DNA of 63,984 nt, counting the filler, from Streblomastix strix (Eukaryota), in the NCBI GenBank assembly GCA_008636045.1. It is 3 parts of 3 records of this genome, joined end to end, with 100 filler letters (N's around TTAATTAATTAA, not from the genome) between each part and the next. Parts side by side here need not be neighbours in the genome. Positions count along the whole stretch, not along the records: positions 1 to 21,280 come from SNRW01000383.1; positions 21,381 to 42,647 come from SNRW01000384.1; 1 more part is not named here. The stretch is one strand, 5' to 3'. A program made the position numbers and the translations under genes. Within the stretch, counting starts at the first letter, position 1; each line of letters opens with the position of its first letter. The notes below the pieces were generated by a model. The model had not been told where the DNA came from and ran no database searches. It saw nothing but the letters and a program-made list of their open reading frames with translations. Below, piece by piece: positions 13,725-27,514 of this stretch.

Positions 13725-15670
13725 TGAAATATTGATTATAAAGCTGACCAAAATATGCCTCTTCCAAACATGCCTAGTTTACTGAGTATTACGAGTGCCT
13801 TGTTGTGGATTAGCCTTAAAAGCCGTTAGCTTCCGTTCAAATCTCACTCAAATAGTCATGGCATGGCGTATCAATAATCAACAGTAACATCCTGATGATT
13901 GCTCAAATGAGGAAGCTGGGAGTTTGCAAGTTGAAGGAATTCGAATGAGAGCTGAAATTCAATTTGATTAATATTTCAATACTATATAAATGGAATCAGA
14001 TGAAGAAAAAGATTACATTTACTCATAAGCACCAAACTCATTTGATAATGAAGATTCCATCGATATGCAAGCATCAGGTGATGAAGAAATTCTCAACTAG
14101 CAATTTTAACCTCTCAGGCGTAAACACGATTAACTTGAAGACCTTACCGAAAGTGAAACTGCTAACGAAAAAGAGGAGGTAGAATGTCAAAGCATACAAC
14201 GAAGACGTTTAAAAGATTGTGATGAAGAATCCTCAAAAGAAAATTCTAAAGCCGAAATTGACTCTCTCTCAACTTATGATCCAGAGATGGCTTCAAGCCG
14301 AAGATATTTAAAAAACTTCCTCGTGTAGTTGAAGGAGAAAGAGATCCTTAATATGAAATCTTGGTAAAGAATTTGGTAACTGCTTAGCAAACACAAGTTA
14401 AAGCTCTAAGAGCAGTATTTTAAATCGGAAAAGAAGAAGTATTAAAAAGAATTTTTGATTCTTTCGAATTAATAGCAGGGGCTGCAACTGAAGCATAATC
14501 CTTAAGAAAATAAAACATGTGGATAAGTAATGATTAATTCAATTATAACAGAAAACCCGCATCAGCAATTCTAACATCGAATGACAAGAAAGAATTAAAA
14601 GAAAGTAGAGCAATTAGTGCATGAAACAATGGAAGAGGTTGATGATTTTTTAGACCAGCAGGTTTTCAAGAGGAAAAAGATAGAATTAACGAGAAAAAGG
14701 AAGATATCCATATAACAGTTTCAATTCAAACAAATGAAGCCATAGTTAATCCGTTCAATAATCACCTTCATAACAATAATATGAACCGAAAAATTAATAT
14801 AATTCTAGCAATGATAAAGTTTCTATTAATTCAATTAAAAGTACGAATAACCTAAGAATATAACCTAAAAATGAAGAATAATCTTAATCAAAAGTCTGTG
14901 CAGAAATTGAAGAAGAAGTAAAAAATAATTACGATTATCCCTGATAAAATAGGAGCTAGAATAATAAAAATTTAAATCAGAATAGGAAAAGATTACCGCA
15001 AGTTAATTAATAAAACAAAGAGCTTCTCCAAACTGGATCAATAAAGAAGCACCAAATTGGCTGAAGAGAAGAAAAAAATATTCAGAATTCCATAGAAATT
15101 TGGAATATAAAAAAATTTACGAAAAAGCTCTATCAGAAGAAATTCAATCAGGTATAGTAATTGAAGTTTAGAAAGAAGAAGTAGCATATTAAATCAAAAC
15201 ATTCGTCGTACCAAGAAATGATGGAAGAAGTAGAAAGATAATGGATTGCAGACCTCTAAACAGATTATTAGCATAAGTTAGAAAGAATGGAATTAGAAAA
15301 ATTATGTATTGCGACGATCTTTTAATACTTAATTAAGATCCAATTCAGTTAGTTAAAGTAACATAAATAGTAAAGCAACAGTTAATGAATCTAGGATAGG
15401 TAATTAGTAGTAAATCGTAACAAATACCAATTTAAAAATTTAAATATATAAAATGGGAATGGAATTTCAAAGATATGATAGTTAGAATGTAAGAAGATAG
15501 AAGAAGGAAATTGACTTATTCTCCTAAAAGATGGAATCTTTTATCGGCAAAAAGAGATTTAGTTCGTATACGAGATCTGGAAAAAATATTGGAAAATTGG
15601 TTTTCTTGATATTATTATTCAAAAGTATCTTATTTCACATGAAACGTCTATATAAAACTCTAGCTCATAC
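13725..15670 (+). mobile_element. Decayed DIRS-like retrotransposon fragment (gag + internally deleted RT)
   Basis: IPDKIGAR...ALSEEIQSGIVIEV...TFVVPRNDGRSRKIMDCRPLN...IRKIMYCDDLLIL...WEWNFKDM. The RT YCDD motif is at ~15307. Confidence 0.8.
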
Positions 15671-18009
15671 AGAGGCTCAAATTGGATGGGATGGAAATTA
15701 TTCTGGAGAGAAGTAGATACAGACCTATACCTAGATACTGTGCGAATGGACTTAAATGAAGATGATAACCACCACCATCACCATGATCATGACCATAATT
15801 ACAGATATGAAAGAAAACGAAACGATAGAAACGATTAGTTAGATTTGGGGAGAGGCAGAAAGAGAAGAGGAGTAATTTCAAGTGAAGGTTCGGGAAATGG
15901 ATAGAATAATGATGATTGAGCTGAAGGTCTACATCACTTGATCGAAAGACAACATTTAAGATAATTTAGGATACGACACGATAGACGAGAATATGCCTTA
16001 CCTCCAGTGCAAACAGCTACGGGGGCTCCAGTTTACATGCCAGGTCTCCGAGCAGCTCAAGAAGAAGTTTTTCGCGTAGCGAACAATATCTCTCCTAACC
16101 TTGATGAAGAAAGCACTGTTTGTTGGACAAATGCAGAATCAATCAATCAAGAAAGAGGTACACCAATCGCGAACTTTCGAACAGCCCAACAACTACTCGT
16201 AGCTTATGATAATTAAGAATAACTGAATTAATAAGTGAATATACAAATCCAATAATAGATAAATTAACTTCATGATGTTAATAGAATAATATTAATCCAA
16301 TAATAGGATGTCACAGTTAATAATACATAAAGTGAATAAAGATAATAGATAGATGTTATAGATCTGGAGTAGAACATTCAGCAGTAGATAGAGGACATCC
16401 CAAGGAATGAACAAGGAAATATAAATAGCGAAACTGAATAACCTACCCAAACAGGTGCAATTCATACACCTTAAACAGAAGCACCTGACAATCTATAACC
16501 TCAACAATCAGGATTGAATGATAATTTGAATAAAATGGCAGAATAAAATTCAATTCAACCTACATAAAATTTCTCAGTATTGCTTAATCTAACTCACTAA
16601 ACTTCATTATTTGAGACTGGGGTTCTAAATGAATAATAACAATAGCTATCCTTACTACTATCGCCATCATCATCATCGTTAATATAAATTAAATAAAATT
16701 AACAACCAAGTCAAAAACAATCCTTATTCGTCACAGACCCTAACCATCAATTCATCAAGAGTGTTCAACAATCTAAAAACATCCCAATAGAAGAGGCGTT
16801 TAACCACCTACCATTACTTTCAGGAGACTCAAAAAGATAAGTCGAAATTAAAGTATACACAGGAGAATAAGTCTAATACATAAATAAGATGGAATAAGAT
16901 GATAAATTCCAAAACATGATGGAGAATATGATGAATAAATTTTAGGCCACTCAAATGAAGATGAGGCTATGAGACTGCGAATGCAAATACTAAACAAATT
17001 ATCACCTGAGGAATAATAAAGAGTGAAAAGAGGCTTTGGACCATAAAAGAGACTAACATCCTTCTATGAATCCCAAATACAAAGGAGAATAACTCAATAG
17101 AATAATAATGCAATTCATATTGACACGGGATGGGATTATGGAAGTTGAACAGGTGAATAACAAAATGAATTTCAAGAAGACTTTATAGATGAGTCTTAAC
17201 TATTAGAGATTAGACCACAGGGTAAAAACAGCAAGAAACACAAGTGAAGGAAATATTAGAGTAGTTAGAAAAAGCAAAGAAACAATTAAGCATAAACATA
17301 ATGGTACTACAATAATTAAGAGTTGGACAGTCACCTTGGACCATTGTTTAGTTAGATGAACTATCCGAGACCGCCACGGAGGACCCCAGACCAGTCAAAC
17401 ACAAAACTGAGATCGAAACAACCCCCCAGAAGAAGGCAAAGGATAGTTTCTCTAACATAAACAACTCCACAGAGTTAGACTACACCTTACCCGAACTAGA
17501 ATTAAAGCTTAATTTTGAATGTTGATCTTATGGGAATAATTACAAATCCATTCTTAGTTCCGAAAAGAATGTAAGATCAATAGATTGCAGGAGAGGCAGC
17601 ATAGGTTTTTCATACATCCTGAGAGACATTTTCAACAAATGGAAACGTAAGAAAGGTAGCATCTTCTACAGACAGCATAGTTTCGGGCTAAGTAGGGGTT
17701 GCTGGAACAAAACCAATAAATATTTAGACAGCACATTCTACACAACTCCAGGGAAATCCTGTTCGTGAACACAAAGTGGAAAAGAAAGGAGGAAGAACAC
17801 CTGTCGGAAGTAAAGCCAAAAATACAAATACTTCTATTGTCGCAAACTAGAACTAGAGTGAAGACTAGCAGCTCTGACAGCCAGGTGCGAGTCCCCGGAC
17901 GGGTCCAACTTATGGAGATTCAGAATAGAACAAAGGAGGAGATTCATACACTAGAAATCTTTCCTAGGACCCCAATAGAGGAAGTACTACAATCTCAACC
18001 AGACACGGG

Positions 18010-19900
18010 AATGGGGAGAAAAACAATTCGTTATCTAGAGACATGGAAATTAGTAAAGGGAGTAGAATTCATACAAAAAAGGTTTTTCCTACTGTTCAAA
18101 AACGAGGATAGCGAAAAGAGATTGTAAAAGAGACTGAGAATTTGTCCGTTCTCGGGCTCAAGAGAAGAAACAATAGCATACACAGAGAAATTGGAGGAAG
18201 AATTAAGAGAAAACATAACAGAATAAATATATTTTGAGCAGGCTAAATGGTTTAATCCAACATTCATAATTCCGAAGCCTCATTAGAAATGGACGAAAAT
18301 TCTGAATGCATATTAACTGAATAAGGAGATATAAAAGATTCATTTTAAGATGAATGGAACGGATCAAGTGAGAGATTTGATAAGGAAAGGAGACTGGGTA
18401 ACAAGTTTAGATCAAAAATCAGCTTTTCACCACCTAACAGTATATCCACCACACAAACCATACCTAGCATTCGAAGCAATGGGGAAAGTTTATTAATATA
18501 GAGCAATGCCGTTTGGAACACAGCACTCCCCAATCTTCTTCGCACAAGCACTAGCAATGGTTCTAACGAAGATACGGAGAGAGTCAGACATAAGAATACT
18601 GAATTACGTAGACGATCTGCTCCTCCTACATTAGAACAAAGAAAGATTGCGAAAATAAACCTTGATAATAATGTAAATTCTGGAAGCATTTGGTTGGACA
18701 ATAGCTTAAGAGAAATGCGAAATAGAACCAAAACAACAGATCAATTTTCAAGGTTAATCTTGGGATTTAAACAGAATATTTCAGAATGTGATAATCATGA
18801 GAAAATAGGATCAACTCTTCCAACTCAAAAGGATTATTAATCTTATTATGAAATAAATACTAATTAAGATTAAAAACCTAGCTTCTATATTAGGCAAATT
18901 AAACTTCTTATGAAAACAGATAAGAGAAGCTTTTCTCTATCTCCAACTAATGAACTCAGCGAATATAAGACCATTGAAGAAGAAATATTGGAAAGAGAGT
19001 AGGAAATTATTATTGAAGATCCTATAAGAACTTTATTTATAAAATGAAATAATCTCAAAGAAAGAGGAGATGACACAGTAAGTGAGAATTCCAAAAGTAA
19101 TCATGGTATCAGAAGCAACCCAAAGCGATGATGAATGATCTTGGAATTTGAATAAGGAGACGCTCAAGTCCAATATCGAAAACGGAAGAGAAAATAGAAA
19201 AGATTGACAATTAATATAAAGGAAATGGAGGCCATTTTAGTAGGTCTGTACTGCTACGGTGAATTGATAAAAAACTGCATATTAAAGCTATCCTCGTTAA
19301 GTCAGACAGCTCTACAATGGTAAAAAATGTAGCTAAATTGAGAGCGGGAGAATCATCAATTGTGGAAGAGAAGAAGATCGTTAGTCTCTGTCAATAAATG
19401 AAGATTCAAACTGAGACCTTGCACATGCCAGAAATATCGAATTTGATAACTGATACTTTTGGTAAACTTAGCGCAACATGAGAATATTCAGGTTAGAAAG
19501 AGATATTCCAAGCCCATTGTCAAGCTTTGTGAAAAACTCCTATACAGAATCTATTCGTAACAGAAGAAAATAAACTCGTGGACAGGTTCATGGTAATAAA
19601 CGAGGAAAAAGAAGCTAAATGTGTAAACGCTTTCACGAAATATTGGAAAAACGAAATCTTCAGGATCCAAGCGCCAATTCCTTAGACTGGTAAAGCTTTG
19701 ATCGCATATAACAAATGCATACAAATTTCAATCTTAATAGCCTCTTGTTTATCAGGTCTAATATGGTATATGTTTTTACTAATAGACTGTAATAGATGCC
19801 TTATTCTTGGAGAGCTCTCTGATTCTGAACCCGGGGAAGGAGATGATGAAAGGGAAAGAAATACAACCACTAGGAAAGATCGCCGCTTTCGTCATGGACC
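18010..19900 (+). pseudogene. RT / RNase H / methyltransferase-like polyprotein of the DIRS element
   Basis: WFNPTFIIPKPHQKW...LDQKSAFHHL...YRAMPFGTQHSPIFF...ILNYVDDLLLL...LEAFGWTIAQEKCEIEPKQ. Open only with TAA/TAG=Gln, and disrupted downstream. Confidence 0.9.
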
Positions 19901-19949
19901 AAGAGTCGATAAAGGAAGAAAACCATTAACGGAGTTTTAGACAATGTGA

Positions 19950-20900
19950 ACATGGCTAGAGAAACCTAATAAATGATAATAGAATGATGGTAATACAACA
20001 TTCAGAAGAAATATTAATAAGCAATGGCAGTATTTGACGACTGTATGAAGAAAAAGAATTATATAATTGAAGATATCATGAATATGAAGATACCATTCAT
20101 AAATACTGAATTCATGACTTGGTTAACTAGAACAAGAAAAACAAAGCCATCATTAGCAAAATGCCACGAATCAATACTCAACACAATGTTTTCTCTCATA
20201 TTTGGAACAGTGTAAGTCTCCGCAACTGCGTAAAGACTCATCACACACGCAATTTCTAATAATTATATTAACAATCCAAGATATGGGAATACCTGGGACA
20301 TCAATCAATAGTATGACTATTCGAGAGAAAGACCTTAAAGTAATCTTCTCTCAGATGAAGAACTACAAGTAAAGCTAGCTTCGTTTCTAATATCATTATG
20401 TTTTGTGAGAATGGAAGAGATAGCAAACATAGATCTATCTGTATCAATCATAGACGATGAAGAACAAACAGCAGCAGTTTGCATCCCATCCAAACAATAT
20501 AGGATGAGAGAGATATGATGTAAGGTGAATAAGCGATCATAGAGTTTGTCCGATAGAGACATTTTTTGTTTGGTTCGCAAGTCATAGAGAGCACTTCTGA
20601 AATGGTTCAACAAATTTCATACACTTATTATGGACTGAGAATTGGGAGCAAGCTGATCAGAGATACGTTAGCACACGTCTTGAAAAACTTGTTAAGTCAC
20701 TTGAAGTATAAAATGCAACCGCAAACTCCATAAGACATGCATCTTCTACAGACTTGTAGCACAGGGTGTTGATGGGAGAACAATAAACTTCTTTACACAT
20801 CATACGCCAGATTCAAAGATAAACCAGTAATTCTACATTTTCGCTTTAAACAAGGTGCAGGATTCCATAGCATCCGCACTCATACACAATCACGGCGAGA
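19950..20900 (+). pseudogene. Tyrosine recombinase of the DIRS element
   Basis: YGNTWDINQ...KLASFLISLCFVRMEEIANID...RVCPIETFFVW...ANSIRHASST...FTHHTPDS...FYIF. Frameshifted. Confidence 0.8.
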
Positions 20901-21280
20901 AGCAAGCTACTTAGATTATCTCAAAATAAATGGGTGATGCAAGAGTCTCCGAAGGAGATGGACTACAATAATCTCCTTTAGCAGATGATTTGTAGTTATC
21001 TCCATAGAAGACTCTTGCTTCACCTCTTTCCCTACCGATCATTTCGACCCAGCTCATCGTTGAAACTGAGTCTTCTAACGATCACGAGAGTGCAAAAGAC
21101 TAGAGATCATAAATGTAGAAAAGCTACCAAGACAGAACCATATGAAGAAGCACAAGACTCAAGTATGACAAAGGATTCTGATCGAGCAACAACTGCTGGA
21201 GCTTAGAAATGATGAATGAGGAGTCATGAATGAGAATGCGTCAGTGTGAGGTTTTTTAGATAAATATCATACACAATTTA

Positions 21281-21380
21281 NNNNNNNNNNNNNNNNNNNN
21301 NNNNNNNNNNNNNNNNNNNNNNNNTTAATTAATTAANNNNNNNNNNNNNNNNNNNNNNNNNNNNNNNNNNNNNNNNNNNN
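21281..21380. other. Artificial contig spacer (N + TTAATTAATTAA + N)
   Basis: 100-bp N run with a six-frame stop linker. Confidence 0.98.
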
Positions 21381-24300
21381 ATGGGACTTCTCCTTTCCAG
21401 GGTATCGATAGACTATCCTGAGCTACAGCCCAACTATCTGGAATCAAGCTTACAAACCTTTTGAATCTTCTATTCCTTCTGTTTGAGAAGAGATCTATTG
21501 ATGGCTTGACTCTTAGAATATGAAGTGCTTCGTTATGTATCTGCTCGTTGATTATGTAATCTCCAGATGTTGCTAATCTGCTCAATGAGTCTGGAATCTT
21601 ATTTTACGTACCTGGAATATGGTAAGCGTGTAACTGTAGATTGTAGTTATCTGCTGTCTCCAATGTCCTATCTACTAGCTTCGCAAGTGCTGTTGCGGCT
21701 GCTCCTCTGTTAATATTAAATGTTGTTGAGCCATTATCCGCTTCTATTTTTAAGGATTTGGTCTGCATTTCTTTGAAATAAGGTTCTGAACGTCGTAGTG
21801 CGCAGAGAATAGCGGCTGCCTCTCGCTAGTTACTGCTATTAAGGTTCCATCTACTGCTCCAATTTCCCTAGAACCAGATTTTCTCCAATGGATTCATTAA
21901 TTTGAGACAGGCCCCCAGCTATGTAGCGAAGCATCCGTTGTTAGTATAGCTTCTAGCTGTGCTATAGTTGCTTGGATAGGTTTGTTCTTGTCGATTTGGA
22001 ATTTCAACCAGAATATTTCCAGTAGTGTATTGTGATGAAGATGCAAGTAACTATTCCATCTCTTATACATTGCTGTTTATGATTTAATTTTATTCAGGTT
22101 TCACATGTGAAGGCCGCTTATCCTGATCCGTAGGCGTAGGAAGTTGAGTGATCCAAAAAAACTAGCTAGAAACCTTACCTTCCCAATCCTCCCTTATTGT
22201 ATTATTCTTCTCCATCTTCCTATCAGTCCCTTCATTTTAGTTTGTCGCTCTTCTGTCATCATTAACTGATCCTTGTTCATGTCTATTTACCACCCCAGAA
22301 ATGTTATAACTCTCGTTGGCTCCAAAACTGATTTATTCATTGCAATCTTCCATCCAAAGTTCACAAGAATGTTTATTATACTATCCTTGGCCTCTACTAA
22401 CTTTTCTTTATCCTCGTGAATGATAATGATATCGTCGCAATAAGCTAGAATTCGAACTCATAGTTATTCTCTAATTATCCTAATTACTGGTCGAAGTGTT
22501 TTGTGGAATGTGAGAGGTGCATGTTTCATTCCAAAACACATTGCTCTATACTGATAGTATCTTTTCTGATGTGTGAATACGAGATACGGTCGAAAGTCCT
22601 TGTCCACTATTATGTGATGGAAAGCTGACTCTAAGTCTATTTTCAACATCCAATCTTCATATTTTAACATCTCCGTTAGAGTGTGCATATCTTCCATAAC
22701 AAAGTGTTTCGTGCATAATTGACTATTTAGTATTCTACAATCTGTTATTTTATGCCATTTACCTTTCTCCTGCTTCGGGATAGCGATACAAGGATTTATC
22801 CATTTTAGATCCTTCAGTTAAACTTCTTCTATTATTTATTCTTTTAATTCTTACTATACTAGCAAACTAAGTGCAGTTTCGCATTCCATTGATCTGTGTT
22901 TTGTTGGAATTCTGCAGTTCTGACTCAGGATCTGTAAGCTCGCAATGATCTTCCAGTATGCTTTTATTCCACTCATTATCATTTAATCTACATTGATTTG
23001 TTTCCATTCTTCGATATAATTCGCCATTCTGTCTCCAATTGGAATATTATTATCTTTCTAGCATCTTATCATCAAGTTTTTAAGCAAAAACTTATGCATT
23101 TTTTTGGATCGATTGGTATCTGTAATGTCTAGCTCTTCTTTACCATTTATCTCCCATTGTTTATTCTCTTGTTCCATCTTATTCTTTATCAAGATGCCGA
23201 CAGGAATTGATTGGAAGAGATTTCTCGTTTTATCGTGATAGATGTTCCTTTCCACATCCTAATTTTAGATATTCTAGTTATTTAGAGAGTCTACTATGTT
23301 CTATTCCAGCATGTTTAGATTTTCTGTTGTTAAATCACTTGTTCTTTCATTGTTGACTTCCTTCTCATCTTTATTAAGTTCAATTGCAGGATCAAATGCT
23401 AATGGTACCCGACACACTGTTTCATTTCTGTCTATTGTAGAGTCCAATATTAATGAATCCCGACGCATTACTTCATTTCTGTCTACTGCAGGGTCAAAGG
23501 CTAATGATTCCCGACACACTGCTTCGTATTTTGAGAATAAACTTTAGGATCTTATGTATTTGGCTTCAGTTATTTATTTATTGAGGCTTTGTCCCTGATT
23601 GATGAATGTCTATGGTGTTTGTTGTGAAATGATGTAGAATTGAGATGAATATGATGGAATGATAAAGTTGAACTTAAAGTACAATCAGGAATTGTACTTC
23701 TCATCAAGCTCATTAATAGATGTGTTATTCTACATTTTGAATTTGAATTCGCTCTTAAATCCTGCTTTCGGTTTGAACTAAAATCTTCTCTTATTTTACC
23801 TCATTCTTTTCCTCATCCACTGATTATTACCAAATTGATATCCAAACCTCCTTTGACCTATCTAGACCGTTTTTGCAGACTTTTTGAACTTCTCCTTCGA
23901 CTGTCTTGATAAAATGTCTTCGGCAGTAGCACCGGATTGGAAACCTCTGATTCTGGATTCTCTCTCTCGTTGTGCATCCCCTACCGATAGTAATGATGCT
24001 TTGAATACCTTGTATATCCTATCTACTAATTCTTATGTATCACCACCAGCAATTTAATGTATTATACCTGCAAGACCTTATGTTACTGTTGATGTGGCTT
24101 CTAATGTCATCCTTGCGTTTCCAGGCCCTTCCTCAGGTAGCGCTGGTGGTGCTTCTGGCATTGGGAATATTGTATTAGCTCCACTCCACGTAATTTCATC
24201 AAACTACTTTTGTCTCGCGACTACTACATCTAGTAGTGAAGAGCATCTAATTTGCCTGCCTCTTACCTCAGTATTCCTTCAAACGTGGAAGTTAAATCAT

Positions 24301-25072
24301 ATGCTACCATTTAGTCTTCAATAGAGTTGAATTTAGCATATTGAAGTCTTTATTATAGAAATTGTGCTTGTAGAGAGTTCGACGCTTGAGCAATTCGTTC
24401 CTCGTCCTCTCGCTTGCGCATTACAGGTCGCATTTATTGTAATTCTGTTGGTATTGCATGTTCTGGTTCAGTGTCACGAAACGTGCGTATCTTAGCATGC
24501 GAAGCTCGAATTGTGGTCTATAATCGCTCGTTTTTGACTGATGCTGCGTCAGTTAGAATACATGCCACCCATAATCTTAATTCTTCCTCAGATTGAAATT
24601 CCCAATATTATGCGTCTTGCCTTTCATTGTTGTGAGCTCGAAACAGGCCCTGCTCCTTTACTACCGCTTTAACTAGCCCACGAAACCGCACTTGAACTTC
24701 GCCTGTTTGCTCGCCCACGTAGACCTCGCATCCTTTTTCTTCCATAAAATCGTCCTCGATTCTGGTAAATGTTTCGTAATTACGGCTCAAACATAACTGA
24801 GACCATGTCCGGCTCTCAGGAATAGAATTTTTTATTGTAATCGGAACAACCGCAGGCACACTTTCGTTACTCGAGCTATTTTGCGTACGACGCTTTTTAT
24901 CAGGTCCATCTTGAGATAACTAGCTAAAATTAGGGCTGTATCGTTCGTCAATTCATGAATTTTTTGTACTTCTTTGTTTGACTGACCCATTGTAATGTTT
25001 GATAGTCTCAAAATAAAGGTAGTACGAACTGATTAAGTGGATGCATAGATAACTACGTAGTGCAACGTAGTG
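21381..25072 (-). mobile_element. DIRS-like retrotransposon, second family (gag from ATG 24990, RT, RNase H, MT-like domain; cut at contig start)
   Basis: KIDLESAFHHI...YRAMCFGMKHAPLTF...AYCDDIII; RNase H TTDASLHSWGA...REAAAI...ADN...HIPG..NKIPDSLSR; MT-like PSIDLFSNRRN...DSLSIPWKGEVP. One TGA lies just before VRILAYCDD. Confidence 0.92.
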
Positions 25073-25767
25073 GTTATGAAAGGATCAAAAAGAGTCATAA
25101 ACAAAAGTGGTAAGCAAAGGAAAAGAAGGAAATTTCAGGGACCAATACCATTCATATTTAGTTGGAGTTGGTAGATGGTGAACATCATAAGCATCATTGG
25201 GAATACCAATTAGATTGGCCTTAGATATGTGGTGCCCGTGTTCTGGTTGAGAGCGGACTTCCAGACTTCAACATTGATCCATCACTTGGAACACACTTCA
25301 TGCATAATGTTATTTGGACTTCGGATTCCTTTCTTGTTTGTACCACAGATGTCTGCGAAATCAGACAATACTGAGAATCTGAATATAAATGATCTATTGA
25401 TGGATTGAAAATAGGATTGAAAAATAGGAGATAATTGAATAAGGATAATATGTTGTATGGTGCCATACAAAGAAGCCTTTGAATGTTATTGTTGATGGAA
25501 CTACCAGAACTGGTGTTATTCTGAAAGGAGAATCAAAAGATGGTCAAAAACAAACACAAAAATGAACGATTAAAAGATGGTGAGAAAAGTAAATTATTTC
25601 TGAGTTCAATCAAAGAAGAAGAATATGTTGCTGTTATTGATTAATAAGTAAAAGAAGACAATAACACCAACGTCATCAATGAAGAAGATGAAGATGAATA
25701 AGAAGAATCAAGTGAGTTTGGACCAAGTGAGAGTGAAAGCAATGAGAGTTCAGAAGAAGAAATTTGA
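25073..25767 (+). pseudogene. C-terminal fragment of a bacterial-type PEP/pyruvate-binding (PPDK_N family) protein, copy 1
   Basis: VGVGRW*TSQASLGIP/DWPQICGARVLVESGLPDFNIDPSLGTHFMHN...KPLNVIVDGTTRTGVILKG matches the family motif GPGRWGS..LGIPV.W..IS.AR....DPSQGTHFF. Frameshifted. Confidence 0.75.
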
Positions 25768-25985
25768 TTCAGCTCAATAAATTAAATTTAAAAAGTTATT
25801 TTATTTGTTAAAAAATTTATTATTATATTTACATTTGAGTTAAAATAAAACATAATATAGTTAAATATGAATTAAAATAACATAAAATATAGTTACATAT
25901 ATTATATACATAATATAGTTACATATGTTATATACATAAATTGAAGTGAATCAAACGTTGATTTTCAGCCTAATCTGCTTTTTTC

Positions 25986-27510
25986 TCAATCTGGTATGAC
26001 AAAGCCACCAGACTCAATCTCAGCTTTGTTGACTGGATAATATAAATGATAATCAAAATAGTAAGATATATATTATTGATAATATTCATTCATTCATTCA
26101 TATAAATGATAATCAAAATAGTAAGATATATATTATTTATAATATTCATTCATTCATTCATTCATATAAATCATACTTTCATTCCGTCCTAAACTTTTAA
26201 GTGCAGCTTTTGAATTTAGCTTCGTCCATTCATCAGTATCATTAACAAGAGTCTTCAGATGTCTAATTATTTCAACACGCATCTGTTTATCATTTATTTC
26301 TCTCGCTCTGAATAAGTGACCAATACAAATGGCTGCTCTATCCTTTGAATATTTACTTCCATTCTTTCTGAACAATTTCATAATCATTTCAATTCCTCCA
26401 TATCCATTTATGGTCTCATAATGTGGATGAAGGGAATTCTTTGGAGTTGAATTGTTTCCTCCAATAAGAATATTCAGGATTGATGCAATTCCATCAGATG
26501 CAACAAATCTGTCTGTGTGATCTAACAATCGTAACAGACCAGGAAAAGGTTTCTTTTCATATAAGAGTTATGTGATCTCAGAAGTGTTTGTATGAGTTAT
26601 ATTCGCAAATGCCAATGAAATATTTCTGGGTATTTCATTCAATTCTCTTTTCTCCATAATCAACAGAAATCCTTCAATTACTCCAGATTATATTATTCTT
26701 CTTCTTCCTTCATCGTCTTCTTTACCTTCGAATGTTCTGGTTATTAATTAAGCATCATAATCTTATATTTATATTATCTTCTTCTTCTCTTCTTCAGATC
26801 CAACAACATCTTTCATCAGATCTTCTCCAATCTACTTAAGTACTGAACATGGAATCTAACATCTCTTTAATAATTCATCTGCTTTCTTTCTTTATTATTC
26901 ATTCCCTGGTTGAGCTAAAATCGCTCTTTCTTCTGCAAGATGCATATTTTCTTCTGCTTTGTATACTTTATCTTCTGCTTCTTTTTTAGCTTTATCTAAT
27001 TCTACTTTCTTTTACTCAGCTAAGTTCTTAGTTGATTCAGCTTCAATCTTCAATTCTTCTATTTTTATCTTTTCTTCTTCAGCTATTTTTAACTTCTCAT
27101 CCAATTAATGTTGTGATTATTCATATATTTTAATCTTTTATTCAGCTTCAATAACTTTCTTTTCTTTTGATGCTTCAATTCTATAATAAATCTACATCAA
27201 TTCAGAATCAAGTAATTCTTCTGCTGTTGGTCTTTTGTCAGCATCCTAATTAATATGAATAGAATTATTATTATTATTATTATATAAATTAAAGAATAAT
27301 AAAATGTTAATAAATTAATTATATATATAATATATAGTTGACATAAATCATAAATAACAAACTTCATTAATCATTGCCAATAGCATCTATCTAAACTCTC
27401 CTTGAATATATTCAGGAACTGGTGCAAACTTATTAGTTTTGATGTTTTATATTGTTGCATCCATTGTCTTTCCTTCATCTGGATTCACTGAAGATCTTTG
27501 AGATATTATA
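25986..27510 (-). CDS. 5'-truncated host gene: kinase C-terminal tail + coiled coil + ARM-like domain (2 introns)
   Basis: ...QMLLAMINE / DADKRPTAEELLDSELM (end of a kinase domain), an E/K-rich coil, KKPFPGLLRLLDH...AAICIGHLFRAREI, and a last exon NKAEIESGGFVIPD-TGA. GT-AG introns at ~27246-27362 and ~26033-26176. Confidence 0.75.
26041..26160. repeat. 60-bp tandem duplication plus (TTCA)n in an intron
   Basis: 26041-26100 and 26101-26160 differ at one base. The paralogous intron at ~28540-28610 has a single copy. Confidence 0.9.
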
Positions 27511-27514
27511 TATA

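Larger units (their letters stand above)
15690..21210 (+). mobile_element. Near full-length decayed DIRS-like (tyrosine recombinase) retrotransposon: gag, RT-RNaseH, MT-like domain, YR
   Basis: The domains appear in order: RT (YRAMPFG...YVDD), RNase H remnant, MT-like segment (TPIQNLF...NAFTKYW...QAPIP) and YR (RMEEIANI...CPIETF...NSIRHASST...FTHH). Confidence 0.9.

Noticed and set aside
21281..21380. TTAATTAATTAA inside N runs (also 42648-42747) as a biological site, and any synteny across them
   Set aside because: This is an artificial linker. The contigs are 21280, 21267 and 21237 bp, i.e. length-sorted and unrelated.
15690..24990. RT plus fibre genes as a diversity-generating retroelement or retron
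   Set aside because: The RTs are DIRS-type with RNase H and YR, lie on different contigs from the fibres, and no TR/VR pair with adenine-specific differences was seen.
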